A stretch of DNA of 64,000 nucleotides from an uncultured Flavobacteriaceae bacterium (GTDB taxonomy: Bacteria; Bacteroidota; Bacteroidia; Flavobacteriales; Flavobacteriaceae), in the NCBI GenBank assembly GCA_964433845.1, contig CAYSTA010000003.1:600-64599 (forward strand), in the 5' to 3' direction. Each line of letters opens with the position of its first letter. The stretch's first letter is position 1. The position numbers and the translations under genes are program-made. The notes beneath the pieces are model-generated. The model worked only from the letters and a program-made list of their open reading frames with translations, was not told where the DNA came from and searched no databases. This document shows positions 1 through 10,437 of the stretch, piece after piece.

Positions 1-503
1 TTGGATCAGTAATTGGTGCCCATATAGCAATTGATATCGAAGGGGAAGTTTTTAATAAAATTCTTTCCATTATAATGATTTTGGTAGTGTTGATAATAAT
101 TTTTAAACCCAGAATCGTTAAATCAACATTAGAAGTTAGAACTACTGGAAAATATTTGATATTTTCTTGTATAGCATTCTTTTTTATTGGAGTTTATGGT
201 GGATTTGTTAATGCTGGAATAGGATTTGTTATAATGTTGTTTTTACATTTCTTTAATAGATTAAATCTATTAGAAGTTAATGCAACAAAGGTTGTAATTG
301 TATTGGTATATACTCTTGGAGCCTTTATTACATTTGTTTTCAATGATATGGTTGACTGGTCTTACGGTATTTGTTTAGCTATTGGAACCTTAAATGGAGG
401 ATGGTTTACTAGTAGATGGTCGGTAAAGAAAGGTGAGAATGTTATAAGAATTTTCCTTACTGTAATTGTAGTTTTTATGGCTTTTAAACTTTGGTTCTTT
501 TAG
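1..503 (+). CDS. TauE/SafE-family (sulfite exporter-like) membrane permease, C-terminal part; 5' end lies upstream of the window
   Basis: The reading frame is open from base 3 (GSVIGAHIAIDIEGEVFNK...) into the 75..503 ORF. The translation is a series of hydrophobic helices with Gly-rich motifs (GVYGGFVNAGIGF, GTLNGGWF) typical of TauE/SafE permeases. Confidence 0.6.
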   Translation, partial: GSVIGAHIAIDIEGEVFNKILSIIMILVVLIIIFKPRIVKSTLEVRTTGKYLIFSCIAFFFIGVYGGFVNAGIGFVIMLFLHFFNRLNLLEVNATKVVIVLVYTLGAFITFVFNDMVDWSYGICLAIGTLNGGWFTSRWSVKKGENVIRIFLTVIVVFMAFKLWFF

Positions 504-1633
504 TATTTAATATATTTTACAATTTCTAAACCATAACCAACCATTCCAACTCTTTTAATTTGAGTGCTATTAGTTAGTAATTCAATCTTTTGTACATTAA
601 GTTCATGTAATATTTGTGCTCCAATTCCAAAGTCTTTTTCATCCATTATAGGAGGAGGAATTTTAATTTCTCCATTCTTTTGTATTAATTTTAATTCTTT
701 TAATCTATTCAATACATGATCAGAACTTTGGGGCTGATTTATAAACACGACTAAACCTTTTCCATTAGAATTAATCATGTCAAATACAGAATCTAACTTT
801 TTATCTTTATAACTAGTAAATGAGCTTAATAAATCATTGTTAGTAATAGATGAATTTATTCTTACCATTACAGGTTCATTTTCTTTCCATTTACCTTTAG
901 ACAATGCTAAATGAACTTGATCATTATTAGTCTGTTGGAAAGAGTGTAAATTGAATTTTCCAAAACGAGTATTAAATGGAAAACTATCTTTTTTTAAAAT
1001 TAAACTGTCATGTTTCATTCTATATGCTATCAAATCTTCAATAGATACAATTTTTAAATCAAGTTTTTTAGAAAGATTAATTAAATCTGGAAGTCTAGCC
1101 ATTGAACCATCTTCTTTCATTATTTCACAAATTACTCCAGCAGGAGAGAATCCAGCCAATCTTGAAAAATCAATTGCAGCTTCTGTATGACCAGTTCTTC
1201 TTAAAACACCACCATCTTTAGCAATTAGAGGAAAAATATGACCAGGTCTTGCTAAATCACTTGATTTAGTCTTTTTATTTACTATTGCCTTGATTGTTTT
1301 AGATCTATCTGAAGCTGATATTCCAGAACTTACACCATTTCCTTTTAAATCAACAGAAACAGTAAAGGCAGTATCCATAGGATCTGTATTATCCATAACC
1401 ATGGGATTTAGGTTCAATTGTTTAGCCCGTTTATAAGTTAATGGCATACAAATTAGTCCCCTACCATATTTAGCCATAAAATTAATTATTTCTGGAGATG
1501 CTAATTCAGCTGCACAAATAAAATCGCCTTCATTTTCTCGATTTTCATCATCAACAACAATAATAACCTTCCCTTTCTTTATATCTTTAATTGCTTCTTG
1601 AATTGAATTAAGTTTATTCTTGATTAGACTCAT
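500..1633 (-). CDS. ribB: 3,4-dihydroxy-2-butanone-4-phosphate synthase with a degenerate GTP cyclohydrolase II-like C-terminal domain
   Basis: 377 aa. DHBP synthase signature [18 protein letters not shown] plus GHTEAAIDF. The C-terminal ~170 aa occupy the position of the GCH II module but contain no cysteine (see findings). Confidence 0.9.
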   Translation of the reverse strand: MSLIKNKLNSIQEAIKDIKKGKVIIVVDDENRENEGDFICAAELASPEIINFMAKYGRGLICMPLTYKRAKQLNLNPMVMDNTDPMDTAFTVSVDLKGNGVSSGISASDRSKTIKAIVNKKTKSSDLARPGHIFPLIAKDGGVLRRTGHTEAAIDFSRLAGFSPAGVICEIMKEDGSMARLPDLINLSKKLDLKIVSIEDLIAYRMKHDSLILKKDSFPFNTRFGKFNLHSFQQTNNDQVHLALSKGKWKENEPVMVRINSSITNNDLLSSFTSYKDKKLDSVFDMINSNGKGLVVFINQPQSSDHVLNRLKELKLIQKNGEIKIPPPIMDEKDFGIGAQILHELNVQKIELLTNSTQIKRVGMVGYGLEIVKYIKY

Positions 1634-1663
1634 TTAATATGATTTATGCAAAGATACGTTGGT

Positions 1664-3115
1664 TTATACTTTTTTTCTTAAAAACATTTTATTAAAGGCT
1701 AGCCTAAAAGGATTTAATAAATTATCTAAATTAAAGATTGCTTTGTCAGCTGAAGCTCTCCAAATTAAATAAATTCCTAGTGGAAGCATTATTATATTTG
1801 GAACCCAACTTCCTAACATTGCATCAATACTACCATCCTCTGCAGCATTTCTAGTAAAAGTTCCTATAAAATTATATGCTAGAAATAAGGTTAATGAAAT
1901 AACCATAGGTAATCCAAATCCTCCTTTACGAATTAGTGCTCCAAGAGGAGCGCCTACAAAAAATAATATAATTGAGGTTAAAGCAAATGCATATTTATCA
2001 AAAAGGTTTGACTTATGAAGATTTATAATTTTTTCTTTTATAAAGAATGTGTTCTTTTGATTACTTAAAACCTGTTTCTGACTACTTAAGTTATCTAATG
2101 AAGAATTAACTATTGAAACTTGTATGTCTTTAGGATAGTCGCTTAAATGAATTTTGTAGTTAGTATAAAGGTTTTTATCGATTTTTTTCTTATTCATTCT
2201 TACATTTCTTGTGAAGTTTGTAATTCCAGTTCTAGTATAAAAGCTTTTTCCAAAATTCGAATATCTAAATGCTAGTTTTTTAGATAAAGAATCTATACTA
2301 TATTTCAATTGTGAAATATTCTGCATTCTATATGTGTTATTGTATTTTTCTTCTCCAAAGTCAACTTGATTAAAATCACTAAGGTCAATATTTATTATAT
2401 ATTTCTCAAAAGAAACATAGGTATGGGGTTTTACTTGTTTGTCAGAAGGTTTTTGATTTTCAATTTCTTCATATCTATTACCGTTTTTTAAAACTAATTG
2501 TAAGATTTCATCAGAATCGGTATTAATTAGCTTTCCTTCTTCTGCTTTTATTACAATTAAATTTTTTGAATTGTAGGTGTTCTTGTGAATAATTACATCT
2601 TTTAATAGATTATTATCCGGACCATATTTTTCAGCAACTTTTATATTCATTGTATTAATATCATTAAAAACACCTTCTGTTATCGCTAATGCTGGTTTTA
2701 GCTTTGCAAGGTTCTTTCTAAGATTATATGATTTAAATTCTGCATATGGTATTAATGTATTTGCTATGAAAAACATTCCAACACATAGCAATAGATTAAA
2801 AAGGATTAGACTTCTCATGGATGTAAAAAGAGATATTCCAGAAGATTTAATTGCTGCCAATTCATAATTTTCAGATAAATTTCCAAAAGTCATTATAGAT
2901 GCTAATAAAACAGTAAGCGGTAAAACAAGGGGGAGGAGTTTGGGTGAATAATACAATAGAAATTTAAAAATAATTTCAAAATCTACTTCTTTTCCAGCTA
3001 GATCATCAATAAAAACCCAAATAATTTGAATCAAAAAAATAAGCATCAATATTATAAAGAAACTAAAGAATATTTTTAGGTATGATGTTAATATATATTT
3101 GTCAATGATTTTCAT
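1664..3115 (-). CDS. LptF/LptG-family (YjgP/YjgQ) LPS export permease
   Basis: 483 aa. TM helices at both ends flank a ~200-aa soluble domain, which is the usual LptF/G architecture. It lies directly downstream of ftsK-lolA on the same strand. Confidence 0.8.
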   Translation of the reverse strand: MKIIDKYILTSYLKIFFSFFIILMLIFLIQIIWVFIDDLAGKEVDFEIIFKFLLYYSPKLLPLVLPLTVLLASIMTFGNLSENYELAAIKSSGISLFTSMRSLILFNLLLCVGMFFIANTLIPYAEFKSYNLRKNLAKLKPALAITEGVFNDINTMNIKVAEKYGPDNNLLKDVIIHKNTYNSKNLIVIKAEEGKLINTDSDEILQLVLKNGNRYEEIENQKPSDKQVKPHTYVSFEKYIINIDLSDFNQVDFGEEKYNNTYRMQNISQLKYSIDSLSKKLAFRYSNFGKSFYTRTGITNFTRNVRMNKKKIDKNLYTNYKIHLSDYPKDIQVSIVNSSLDNLSSQKQVLSNQKNTFFIKEKIINLHKSNLFDKYAFALTSIILFFVGAPLGALIRKGGFGLPMVISLTLFLAYNFIGTFTRNAAEDGSIDAMLGSWVPNIIMLPLGIYLIWRASADKAIFNLDNLLNPFRLAFNKMFLRKKV

Positions 3116-3117
3116 TC

Positions 3118-3744
3118 CTATATATCTTCAATGTAATAGTCCTTATAATTATCTCTATTAAAAATAAATTTATCTTCATCAATTTTTACATTGTAGATAA
3201 TAGAATTTACTTTTAAAATAGTTTTTGTTTGATTTTTTCCTATTTCAATTAATTTAGATATATCATTATTAATTGTATTTATTCCCAGAATCAAATGACT
3301 TATTTCACTATCTGAATTAATTGGTATTAATTTTACATATTGAATTATAGGGTCTGGATCAATTTTTAAGTCATATGATTTTATATAATAACCTTTTCTA
3401 TAAAAACTTAATAATTTTGAAGGAGGAATTGTTTGGGAGTTTTCTTTAGAAATTTCAGAAATCATTATTTCTTCATTTTCAGGAACAATAGTATAAATGT
3501 AATCAGAATCACATATCTGTATAATTCCCATAAAATCTAAATAATATTTTTCTTTACTAATTAGCGCACTTCCATTTGAATTTATTTCTTCTTCATCTAT
3601 TTTATATGTAAAATTGATTGAATAAGTGTTTGACGAGTCAATTTTTTTAGAGACTCTATCTAATAACTTTTCTGCTTTTGGGTCATTTTGAGAAAAAATG
3701 TTGCCAAAAAATAGTAGTAAAACTATTACGATATAATTTTTCAT
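3118..3744 (-). CDS. LolA-like outer-membrane lipoprotein carrier protein
   Basis: 208 aa with an N-terminal signal peptide (MKNYIVIVLLLFFGNIFSQ). Size and position immediately after ftsK match the conserved ftsK-lolA arrangement. Direct sequence similarity is weak. Confidence 0.6.
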   Translation of the reverse strand: MKNYIVIVLLLFFGNIFSQNDPKAEKLLDRVSKKIDSSNTYSINFTYKIDEEEINSNGSALISKEKYYLDFMGIIQICDSDYIYTIVPENEEIMISEISKENSQTIPPSKLLSFYRKGYYIKSYDLKIDPDPIIQYVKLIPINSDSEISHLILGINTINNDISKLIEIGKNQTKTILKVNSIIYNVKIDEDKFIFNRDNYKDYYIEDI

Positions 3745-6104
3745 TAAGTATTCTTTTCATTTTCTAAAAAAGCATTTAATGATGCTATATCTGAAATAAG
3801 AACATCTCTAGCTCTGCTTCCTTCAAATGGTCCAACTATTCCAGCAGCTTCTAATTGATCAATTATCCTGCCAGCTCTATTATAGCCTAATTTCATTTTT
3901 CGTTGAAGAAGTGATGCAGAACCTTGTTGAGCAATTACAATTACCTCAGCTGCTTCCTTAAATAAAACATCCCTATCCTCAATATTGTTATCCATTGAAG
4001 TTCCGCTTTCTTCCCCAATATATTCAGGTAAAATATGTGCACTTGCATATGCCTTTTGTGAGCCAATATATTCAGTTATTTTATGTATTTCAGGAGTATC
4101 AACAAAGGCACATTGAATTCTAACAAGATCATTGCCTTGTGTATATAACATATCTCCTCTACCAATTAGCTGATCTGCACCTCCACTATCTAATATAGTT
4201 CTGGAATCTATTTTAGAAGTAACTCTAAAAGCTATTCTTGCTGGAAAATTTGCTTTGATTATTCCAGTAATTACATTTACTGAAGGTCTCTGTGTTGCAA
4301 TGATTAAATGAATTCCAACAGCTCTAGCTAATTGTGCTAGTCGTGCTATAGGCGTTTCCACCTCTTTTCCAGTTGTCATTATTAAATCTGCAAATTCATC
4401 GATTATTAAAACTATATATGGAAGAAAAACATTTCCAGACTCAGGATTAAGTTTCCTCTGTTTAAACTTTGCATTATATTCTTTAATATTTCTACACATT
4501 GCATTTTTAAGCATTTCATATCTATTATCCATTTCAATACATAATGAATTCAGAGTTTTTATTACCGCTTTGTTATCGGTTATGATAGCCTCTTCAGTAT
4601 CGGGAAGTTTTGCAAGATAATGTCGTTCAATTTTATTAAATAATGTTAACTCTACTTTCTTGGGGTCAACAAGAACAAATTTAACCTCAGAGGGATGTTT
4701 CTTATAAATTAAAGAAGTTAAGACTGCATTAAGTCCAACGGATTTACCCTGACCTGTAGCACCAGCCATTAATAAATGTGGCATTTTGGTAAGATCAACA
4801 ATATAAGTTTCATTGCTAATTGTTTTTCCTAAGGCTAAAGGAAGCTCCATTTCTGCTTCTTGATAGTTTTTCGATGAAATAACAGATTTCATAGAAACAA
4901 TCGATGGATTCTTATTTGGAACTTCTATTCCAATTGTGCCTTTTCCAGGAATGGGTGCAATTATTCTTATTCCTAAAGCCGAAAGAGATAAAGCTATATC
5001 ATCCTCCAGATTCTTAATTTTAGAAATTCTTATACCAGCTTCAGGAACTATTTCATATAAAGTTACTGTAGGTCCAATAGTAGCTTTTATTTGATCAATA
5101 CCAATCTTATAATTTCCAAGTGTATCAATTATTTTTTCTTTATTCTCTTCAAGTTCTTCTTCATTTATTGTAATAACACCTCCATTATCATATTCTTTTA
5201 AAAGATCAACAGATGGAGGTTTGAAGTTCTTTAGCTCTAATGTTTGGTCATATTCACCATATTTTTTTACCAAATTTTTAGCTATCAAATCTTCATCTAA
5301 TACTTCTTCTTCTATATTTTCTTTAATTTCAATTTTAATATCATCTGGTTTATTACTTTTAGTTTTTTTATCAGACTTATTTATTGAAGAAAAGTTTTCT
5401 ATAGTTGGTTTCAAATCCTTGTTCAATTTTACACTAGATTCAGTTTCTGATTCTTTTTTTTCATTTTCTTTTTTGTCAAAATCATCAAACTTGGATTCAT
5501 TATTTGGAAAAGTTTCATCTTTTTCACTATTAGCTTTAAATTTTTCTTTAATCCATTTATAAATTTTTTCTGGAGTAAGTTTAATTTTTAAAACAATAAA
5601 TGAAACAAAACCAAATATTAATATTAACAATACTCCAATATCTCCAGTATAAATTGCTATAAAATCGGTTATTTCAAGGCCAATTGCACCACCTAGCATT
5701 TGATTAGTAAAGAAATATCCAAAAAATAAAGAAAACCAAATAATAATTAAAATACCCCAAATCCATTTTCCAAAAAGTTTTTTAGAGTTTGCTCCGACAA
5801 AATATGAAAGCCCTGAAATAAACAATAAAAAAGAAAAAATATATGAAGACAATCCAAACATTTTATACATAAGAAAATGACTGATTTGTGCACCAAATTT
5901 CTTTGCAATATTTACAGTTTCAGCATCACGATCAAAAAAACTATCTAGTTCTGATTGATCTGTTCTCCAAGTATTAAAATATGATGTTAAAGAGGCAAAA
6001 ATTATAATTGAAAGTAGTATTAAGAATACACCAAGCATTATCTGTTGGCCTCTACTAAGTTTAAATAATTTTTTAGTTTTTTCTTTGTTATCAGTTTTAG
6101 CCAT
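3744..6104 (-). CDS. ftsK: DNA translocase FtsK/SpoIIIE
   Basis: 786 aa. N-terminal TM helices, a K/E/D-rich linker, Walker A GATGQGKS, Walker B LIIDEFADL, and a C-terminal gamma winged-helix (SASLLQRKMKLGYNRAGRIIDQLE). Confidence 0.93.
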   Translation of the reverse strand: MAKTDNKEKTKKLFKLSRGQQIMLGVFLILLSIIIFASLTSYFNTWRTDQSELDSFFDRDAETVNIAKKFGAQISHFLMYKMFGLSSYIFSFLLFISGLSYFVGANSKKLFGKWIWGILIIIWFSLFFGYFFTNQMLGGAIGLEITDFIAIYTGDIGVLLILIFGFVSFIVLKIKLTPEKIYKWIKEKFKANSEKDETFPNNESKFDDFDKKENEKKESETESSVKLNKDLKPTIENFSSINKSDKKTKSNKPDDIKIEIKENIEEEVLDEDLIAKNLVKKYGEYDQTLELKNFKPPSVDLLKEYDNGGVITINEEELEENKEKIIDTLGNYKIGIDQIKATIGPTVTLYEIVPEAGIRISKIKNLEDDIALSLSALGIRIIAPIPGKGTIGIEVPNKNPSIVSMKSVISSKNYQEAEMELPLALGKTISNETYIVDLTKMPHLLMAGATGQGKSVGLNAVLTSLIYKKHPSEVKFVLVDPKKVELTLFNKIERHYLAKLPDTEEAIITDNKAVIKTLNSLCIEMDNRYEMLKNAMCRNIKEYNAKFKQRKLNPESGNVFLPYIVLIIDEFADLIMTTGKEVETPIARLAQLARAVGIHLIIATQRPSVNVITGIIKANFPARIAFRVTSKIDSRTILDSGGADQLIGRGDMLYTQGNDLVRIQCAFVDTPEIHKITEYIGSQKAYASAHILPEYIGEESGTSMDNNIEDRDVLFKEAAEVIVIAQQGSASLLQRKMKLGYNRAGRIIDQLEAAGIVGPFEGSRARDVLISDIASLNAFLENEKNT

Positions 6105-6117
6105 AGGAAGTGTATAG

Positions 6118-6125
6118 CAAAAGTA
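6118..6125 (-). promoter_or_regulatory. candidate Bacteroidetes sigma-A -7 box (TACTTTTG) for ftsK
   Basis: The plus strand reads CAAAAGTA, whose reverse complement TACTTTTG fits TAnnTTTG. It lies 14 nt upstream of the ftsK ATG, in the 41-nt nhaC-ftsK spacer. Confidence 0.45.
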
Positions 6126-6145
6126 AAGATTTATAATTAATAATT

Positions 6146-7588
6146 TTAAATCTTATTTTTTAGTTTTTTTATCTTAATATTAAATGCTGCAATAAATAAT
6201 GTCATAAATGGACTAAGCCAATTAAATATTGCATAAATAAAATAATCGGCTACACTAACTCCTAAAATGCCAGACTGATATGCTCCACATGTATTCCATG
6301 GTATTAAAACTGATGTAACTGTACCTGAATCTTCAAGAGTTCTACTTAAATTTTCGGGAGCCAAGCCTTTATCTTCATATGCTTTTGAAAACATTTTACC
6401 TGGAATTACAATAGATAAATATTGATCTGAAGCAGTTAAGTTTAGGGCTAAACAACTACCGACTGTACTAGCAAAAATAGAGAATGTGGATTTCCCTAAT
6501 TCAAGTAGAGAAGAGCTTATTTTTTTCAATGCTCCAATTGCCTCCATTATACCTCCAAAAACCATGGCACATATCACTAACCATATAGTATCTAACATTC
6601 CTTTCATTCCTCCACTGTTAAACAAGTCATTTAAAAGAGGGTCCCCCGAATCAATAGAGGTTTCTATAGTTATAGCATTTAATACAGCTTGATAGGCACC
6701 ACTAAAACTTAATTCTGAATTACCTGAAATTTGATTAATAATTGAAGATTGGAAGATAACTGCAAATATTCCTCCTAAGACTGTTCCAATAAATAATGCA
6801 ATTAAAGGAGGGGTATTTTTAAAAATCATAAATATCACTATTAAAGGAACTATAAAAAGTATCGGGGAAATATTAAAGGTTTTATTAATAGTATTTAAAA
6901 GTGGTTGATGATCAGTAGATCCAGATGATAGTATAAAAAAATTAAGGATTGATAATACAATTAAAGTTATAATTATTGTAGGTACAGTTGTTATAGTTAA
7001 ATATTTAATATGTGTAAAAAGATCAGATCCAGAAACAGCTGGGGCTAAATTTGTAGTATCACTTAATGGAGACAATTTATCGCCAAAATAAGCTCCAGAA
7101 ATAACAGCTCCAGCAACCATTCCTACCGGAATATCAATAGCTCTTCCAATTCCAATTAATGCAATACCTACAGTGGCAGAAGTTGTCCAGCTACTTCCAG
7201 TTGAAATAGAAATTATTGCACATATTATCAAACAAGATGGAAGAAAAACAGAAGGATGTAGAACTTGTAGTCCATAATAGATCATCGTTGGAATAATTCC
7301 ACTAATTAACCATGTTCCTGATAAAGCTCCAACAAATAACAAAATTAATATTGCTCCTGTAATAGACTTTAAATTTGAGGAAACAGCATCAATCATGGAT
7401 TTGAATAAAACTCCTTTATTTAATCCAAGTGTAATTGCTATGGCTGCTCCTAACAATAATATAAATTGATTTGATCCATTCATAGCAGAATCTCCATATA
7501 CATAAACATTGTATGCTAGGAGAAGTATTAAAATAAATACGGGAAAAAGTGATTCTTTTAGAGAAAGAAGATTTTCTTTATTTTTCAA
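6146..7588 (-). CDS. nhaC: Na+/H+ antiporter, NhaC family
   Basis: 480 aa polytopic membrane protein (about 11-12 TM helices) with NhaC-like sequence throughout. TTG start codon. Confidence 0.8.
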   Translation of the reverse strand: MKNKENLLSLKESLFPVFILILLLAYNVYVYGDSAMNGSNQFILLLGAAIAITLGLNKGVLFKSMIDAVSSNLKSITGAILILLFVGALSGTWLISGIIPTMIYYGLQVLHPSVFLPSCLIICAIISISTGSSWTTSATVGIALIGIGRAIDIPVGMVAGAVISGAYFGDKLSPLSDTTNLAPAVSGSDLFTHIKYLTITTVPTIIITLIVLSILNFFILSSGSTDHQPLLNTINKTFNISPILFIVPLIVIFMIFKNTPPLIALFIGTVLGGIFAVIFQSSIINQISGNSELSFSGAYQAVLNAITIETSIDSGDPLLNDLFNSGGMKGMLDTIWLVICAMVFGGIMEAIGALKKISSSLLELGKSTFSIFASTVGSCLALNLTASDQYLSIVIPGKMFSKAYEDKGLAPENLSRTLEDSGTVTSVLIPWNTCGAYQSGILGVSVADYFIYAIFNWLSPFMTLFIAAFNIKIKKLKNKI

Positions 7589-7684
7589 CTACACATATAA
7601 TTTATTCTTTGCTAATATATAATTTACTTATATATTATATCAAATTTTATATAAGTCATTTACTTAAATAAATCAAAACATTTG

Positions 7685-7692
7685 TATTTTTG
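7685..7692 (+). promoter_or_regulatory. candidate -7 box (TATTTTTG) for lpdA
   Basis: Matches TAnnTTTG 8 nt upstream of the lpdA ATG, which implies a very short or absent leader. Confidence 0.35.
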
Positions 7693-7699
7693 AAAAAAA

Positions 7700-9106
7700 A
7701 TGATGGATAAATTTGATGTCGTTGTTATAGGTTCTGGTCCTGGCGGTTATGTTTGTGCAATTAGATGTTCACAACTTGGAATGAAAACTGCTCTAATTGA
7801 GAAATATAATACTCTAGGAGGAACTTGTTTAAATGTCGGTTGTATTCCTTCAAAATCTCTTTTAGATTCTTCACATCATTATTATGACGCAATAAACCAC
7901 TTTGAAACACATGGAATTTCAATTCAAGGAAACATTAAAGTTGATTTAGTCAAAATGATTTCTAGAAAACAAAAAGTTGTTGATCAAACTACAAAAGGGA
8001 TTGATTTCTTAATGAATAAGAATAAGATTAAAGTATTCAATGGTATAGGATCCTTTGTTGACTCTCAAACTATTAAAATAGATGATTCATCTAAAATTAC
8101 TCAATTATCATTTAAAAATGCTGTTATAGCTACTGGCTCTAAACCAATATCTCTTCCTTTTGCAAAAATTGATAAGAAAAGAATAATTAGTTCTACAGAA
8201 GCATTAGAGCTTAAAGAGATTCCAAAGAAACTTATAGTAATTGGTGGCGGAGTAATTGGACTTGAATTAGGTCAGGTCTACAATAGACTTGGATCTGAGG
8301 TTTCAGTAATTGAATATTCAAATACTATTACACCATTTATGGATTCATCTGTTTCAAAGGAATTAATAAAAATATTTAAAAAACAAAAAATAAAATTTTA
8401 TTTATCTCACAAGGTTTATAACGTTACTTCTGAAAGAAAGAATGTAAAAGTTGATGCTGAAGATAGTCAGGGTAATAAAGTTTCTTTTAATGGTGATTAT
8501 TGTTTAATGTCTGTTGGAAGAAAACCTTATACAGATGGATTAAACTTAAATTCTTTAGATATTAAAGTTAATGACAAGGGACAGATTCAGGTTAATGATG
8601 ATTTACAAACAAATATTAAAAATATTTATGCAATTGGGGATGTTATTAAAGGTCCTATGTTAGCTCATAAAGCCGAAGAAGAAGGTGTAATGGTAGCAGA
8701 AATAATAGCTAAACAAAAACCTCATATTGATTATAATTTAATTCCTAACGTTATTTATACATGGCCTGAGATAGCTTCTGTTGGAAAAACAGAAGAACAA
8801 TTAAATGCTAAAGGAATTCAATTTAAAACAGGACAGTTTCCAATGCGTGCCTTAGGAAGATCGAGAGCAAGTATGGATCTTGATGGTTTTGTTAAAATAT
8901 TAGCCGACAAAAAAACAGATGAAATCTTAGGTGTTCATATAATTGGAGCAAGGGCAGCAGATTTAATTGCTGAAGCGGTTACTGCCATGGAATTTAGAGC
9001 TTCAGCTGAAGATGTTTCAAGAATGAGTCATTCTCATCCAACTTATTCTGAAGCTATCAAGGAAGCTGCTTTGGCAGCTACAGAAAACAGAGCACTTCAT
9101 ATGTAA
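7700..9106 (+). CDS. lpdA: dihydrolipoyl dehydrogenase (E3)
   Basis: 468 aa. FAD-binding GSGPGGY, redox-active disulfide GGTCLNVGCIPSK, and a C-terminal HAHPT-like motif (SHSHPTYSEA). Confidence 0.94.
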   Translation: MMDKFDVVVIGSGPGGYVCAIRCSQLGMKTALIEKYNTLGGTCLNVGCIPSKSLLDSSHHYYDAINHFETHGISIQGNIKVDLVKMISRKQKVVDQTTKGIDFLMNKNKIKVFNGIGSFVDSQTIKIDDSSKITQLSFKNAVIATGSKPISLPFAKIDKKRIISSTEALELKEIPKKLIVIGGGVIGLELGQVYNRLGSEVSVIEYSNTITPFMDSSVSKELIKIFKKQKIKFYLSHKVYNVTSERKNVKVDAEDSQGNKVSFNGDYCLMSVGRKPYTDGLNLNSLDIKVNDKGQIQVNDDLQTNIKNIYAIGDVIKGPMLAHKAEEEGVMVAEIIAKQKPHIDYNLIPNVIYTWPEIASVGKTEEQLNAKGIQFKTGQFPMRALGRSRASMDLDGFVKILADKKTDEILGVHIIGARAADLIAEAVTAMEFRASAEDVSRMSHSHPTYSEAIKEAALAATENRALHM

Positions 9107-9119
9107 ATATGTATTTTAA

Positions 9120-10406
9120 TTGAGAAGAATTATAAAATCTTTTAAAATAGATGAAATAAATTCATTTAAAAAAAAACTTTTTAATTGGTCTAAAAGTTAT
9201 AAAACATCTGTTTTTTTAGATTCTAATAGTTATCAAAATAGGTTAGGGTCTTATGAAACTATTTTAGCTGTAGATTCTTATTCAAAACTACCTTTTACAA
9301 ATAAAAATTCATTAAAAAAACTAGAAGAATATAAAAACAAAACTAAAGATTGGCTATTTGGATATTTTTCATATGATTTAAAAAATGAATTGGAGAATTT
9401 AACTAGTATTAATGAATCAAGTTTCTATTTGCCAAATTTATTTTTCTTTCAACCCAAAAAAATTTGGATAATTAAATCTAATTACGTCCAGGCACAATAT
9501 CTAAATGAATTAGATATATTAAAGGATTGGGAGGTAATTAATTCAATTAAATTAGAAAAGACTTGTGAAAATAATCATAAGGTTAACTTAGTGCCTAGAT
9601 TGTCAAAATCTCAATATATAGATAAGATTAAAAAGATGTTATTACATATAAATAGGGGAGATATTTATGAAGCTAATTTTTGTATGGAATGGTTTTCAGA
9701 TAATTCAAATATTAACCCTGAAAATGTTTACCATAATTTAAATCAAATTTCTAAAACACCCATGAGTGCCTTTTTTAAAGAAAATAATTTTTATTTGATA
9801 TCTACTTCTCCTGAAAGATTTATTAAGAGAATTGATGATAGAATTATAAGTCAACCAATAAAAGGCACATCAAGAAGAGATTCAGATAATTTAATTGATT
9901 TAAATTTAAAAAAGGAATTATACTTAAATAATAAAGAAAGATCTGAGAATATAATGATTGTTGATTTAGTTAGAAATGATCTTTCTAGATTTTCAATACC
10001 TGGTTCTGTAAGGGTTAGCGAACTTTGTGAGGTTTATCCATTTGAACGAATACATCAAATGATTTCTACTGTTGAATGTAAAATTCATAAAGACTTAAGT
10101 TTATTAGAAATAATTAAATCAACTTTTCCAATGGGAAGTATGACAGGCGCTCCAAAAATAAAAGCACTTGAAATAATTGAAGATTTAGAGATGTCAAATA
10201 GAGGCCTTTATAGCGGAGCCCTTGGTTATATTGATCCAAATGGTAATTTTGATTTTAATGTTATAATCAGATCATTAATATATGACTCAGAAAAAAAATA
10301 TCTTTCTTTCCATGTAGGTAGTGCAATTACATCAAAATCAAATCCAAATAATGAATATGAAGAATGTTTACTAAAAGCTGGACCAATGATGTCTATTTTT
10401 AGATAA
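9120..10406 (+). CDS. pabB: aminodeoxychorismate synthase component I (chorismate-binding enzyme family)
   Basis: 428 aa. Chorismate-binding C-terminal domain motifs ISTSPERF, NIMIVDLVRND, FPMGSMTGAPK and GLYSGALGY. There is no N-terminal regulatory extension of the TrpE type. TTG start. Confidence 0.75.
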   Translation: MRRIIKSFKIDEINSFKKKLFNWSKSYKTSVFLDSNSYQNRLGSYETILAVDSYSKLPFTNKNSLKKLEEYKNKTKDWLFGYFSYDLKNELENLTSINESSFYLPNLFFFQPKKIWIIKSNYVQAQYLNELDILKDWEVINSIKLEKTCENNHKVNLVPRLSKSQYIDKIKKMLLHINRGDIYEANFCMEWFSDNSNINPENVYHNLNQISKTPMSAFFKENNFYLISTSPERFIKRIDDRIISQPIKGTSRRDSDNLIDLNLKKELYLNNKERSENIMIVDLVRNDLSRFSIPGSVRVSELCEVYPFERIHQMISTVECKIHKDLSLLEIIKSTFPMGSMTGAPKIKALEIIEDLEMSNRGLYSGALGYIDPNGNFDFNVIIRSLIYDSEKKYLSFHVGSAITSKSNPNNEYEECLLKAGPMMSIFR

Positions 10407-10437
10407 GCTTTTTTTAAAATTATTAAAAAACGTAATA

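Noticed and set aside
5221-5562. A 113-aa plus-strand ORF lies antisense to the ftsK linker region.
   Set aside because: Its S/F/L-rich low-complexity translation is simply the mirror of the K/E/D-rich FtsK linker. It is fully nested in a confidently called gene and has no promoter or start-codon context.
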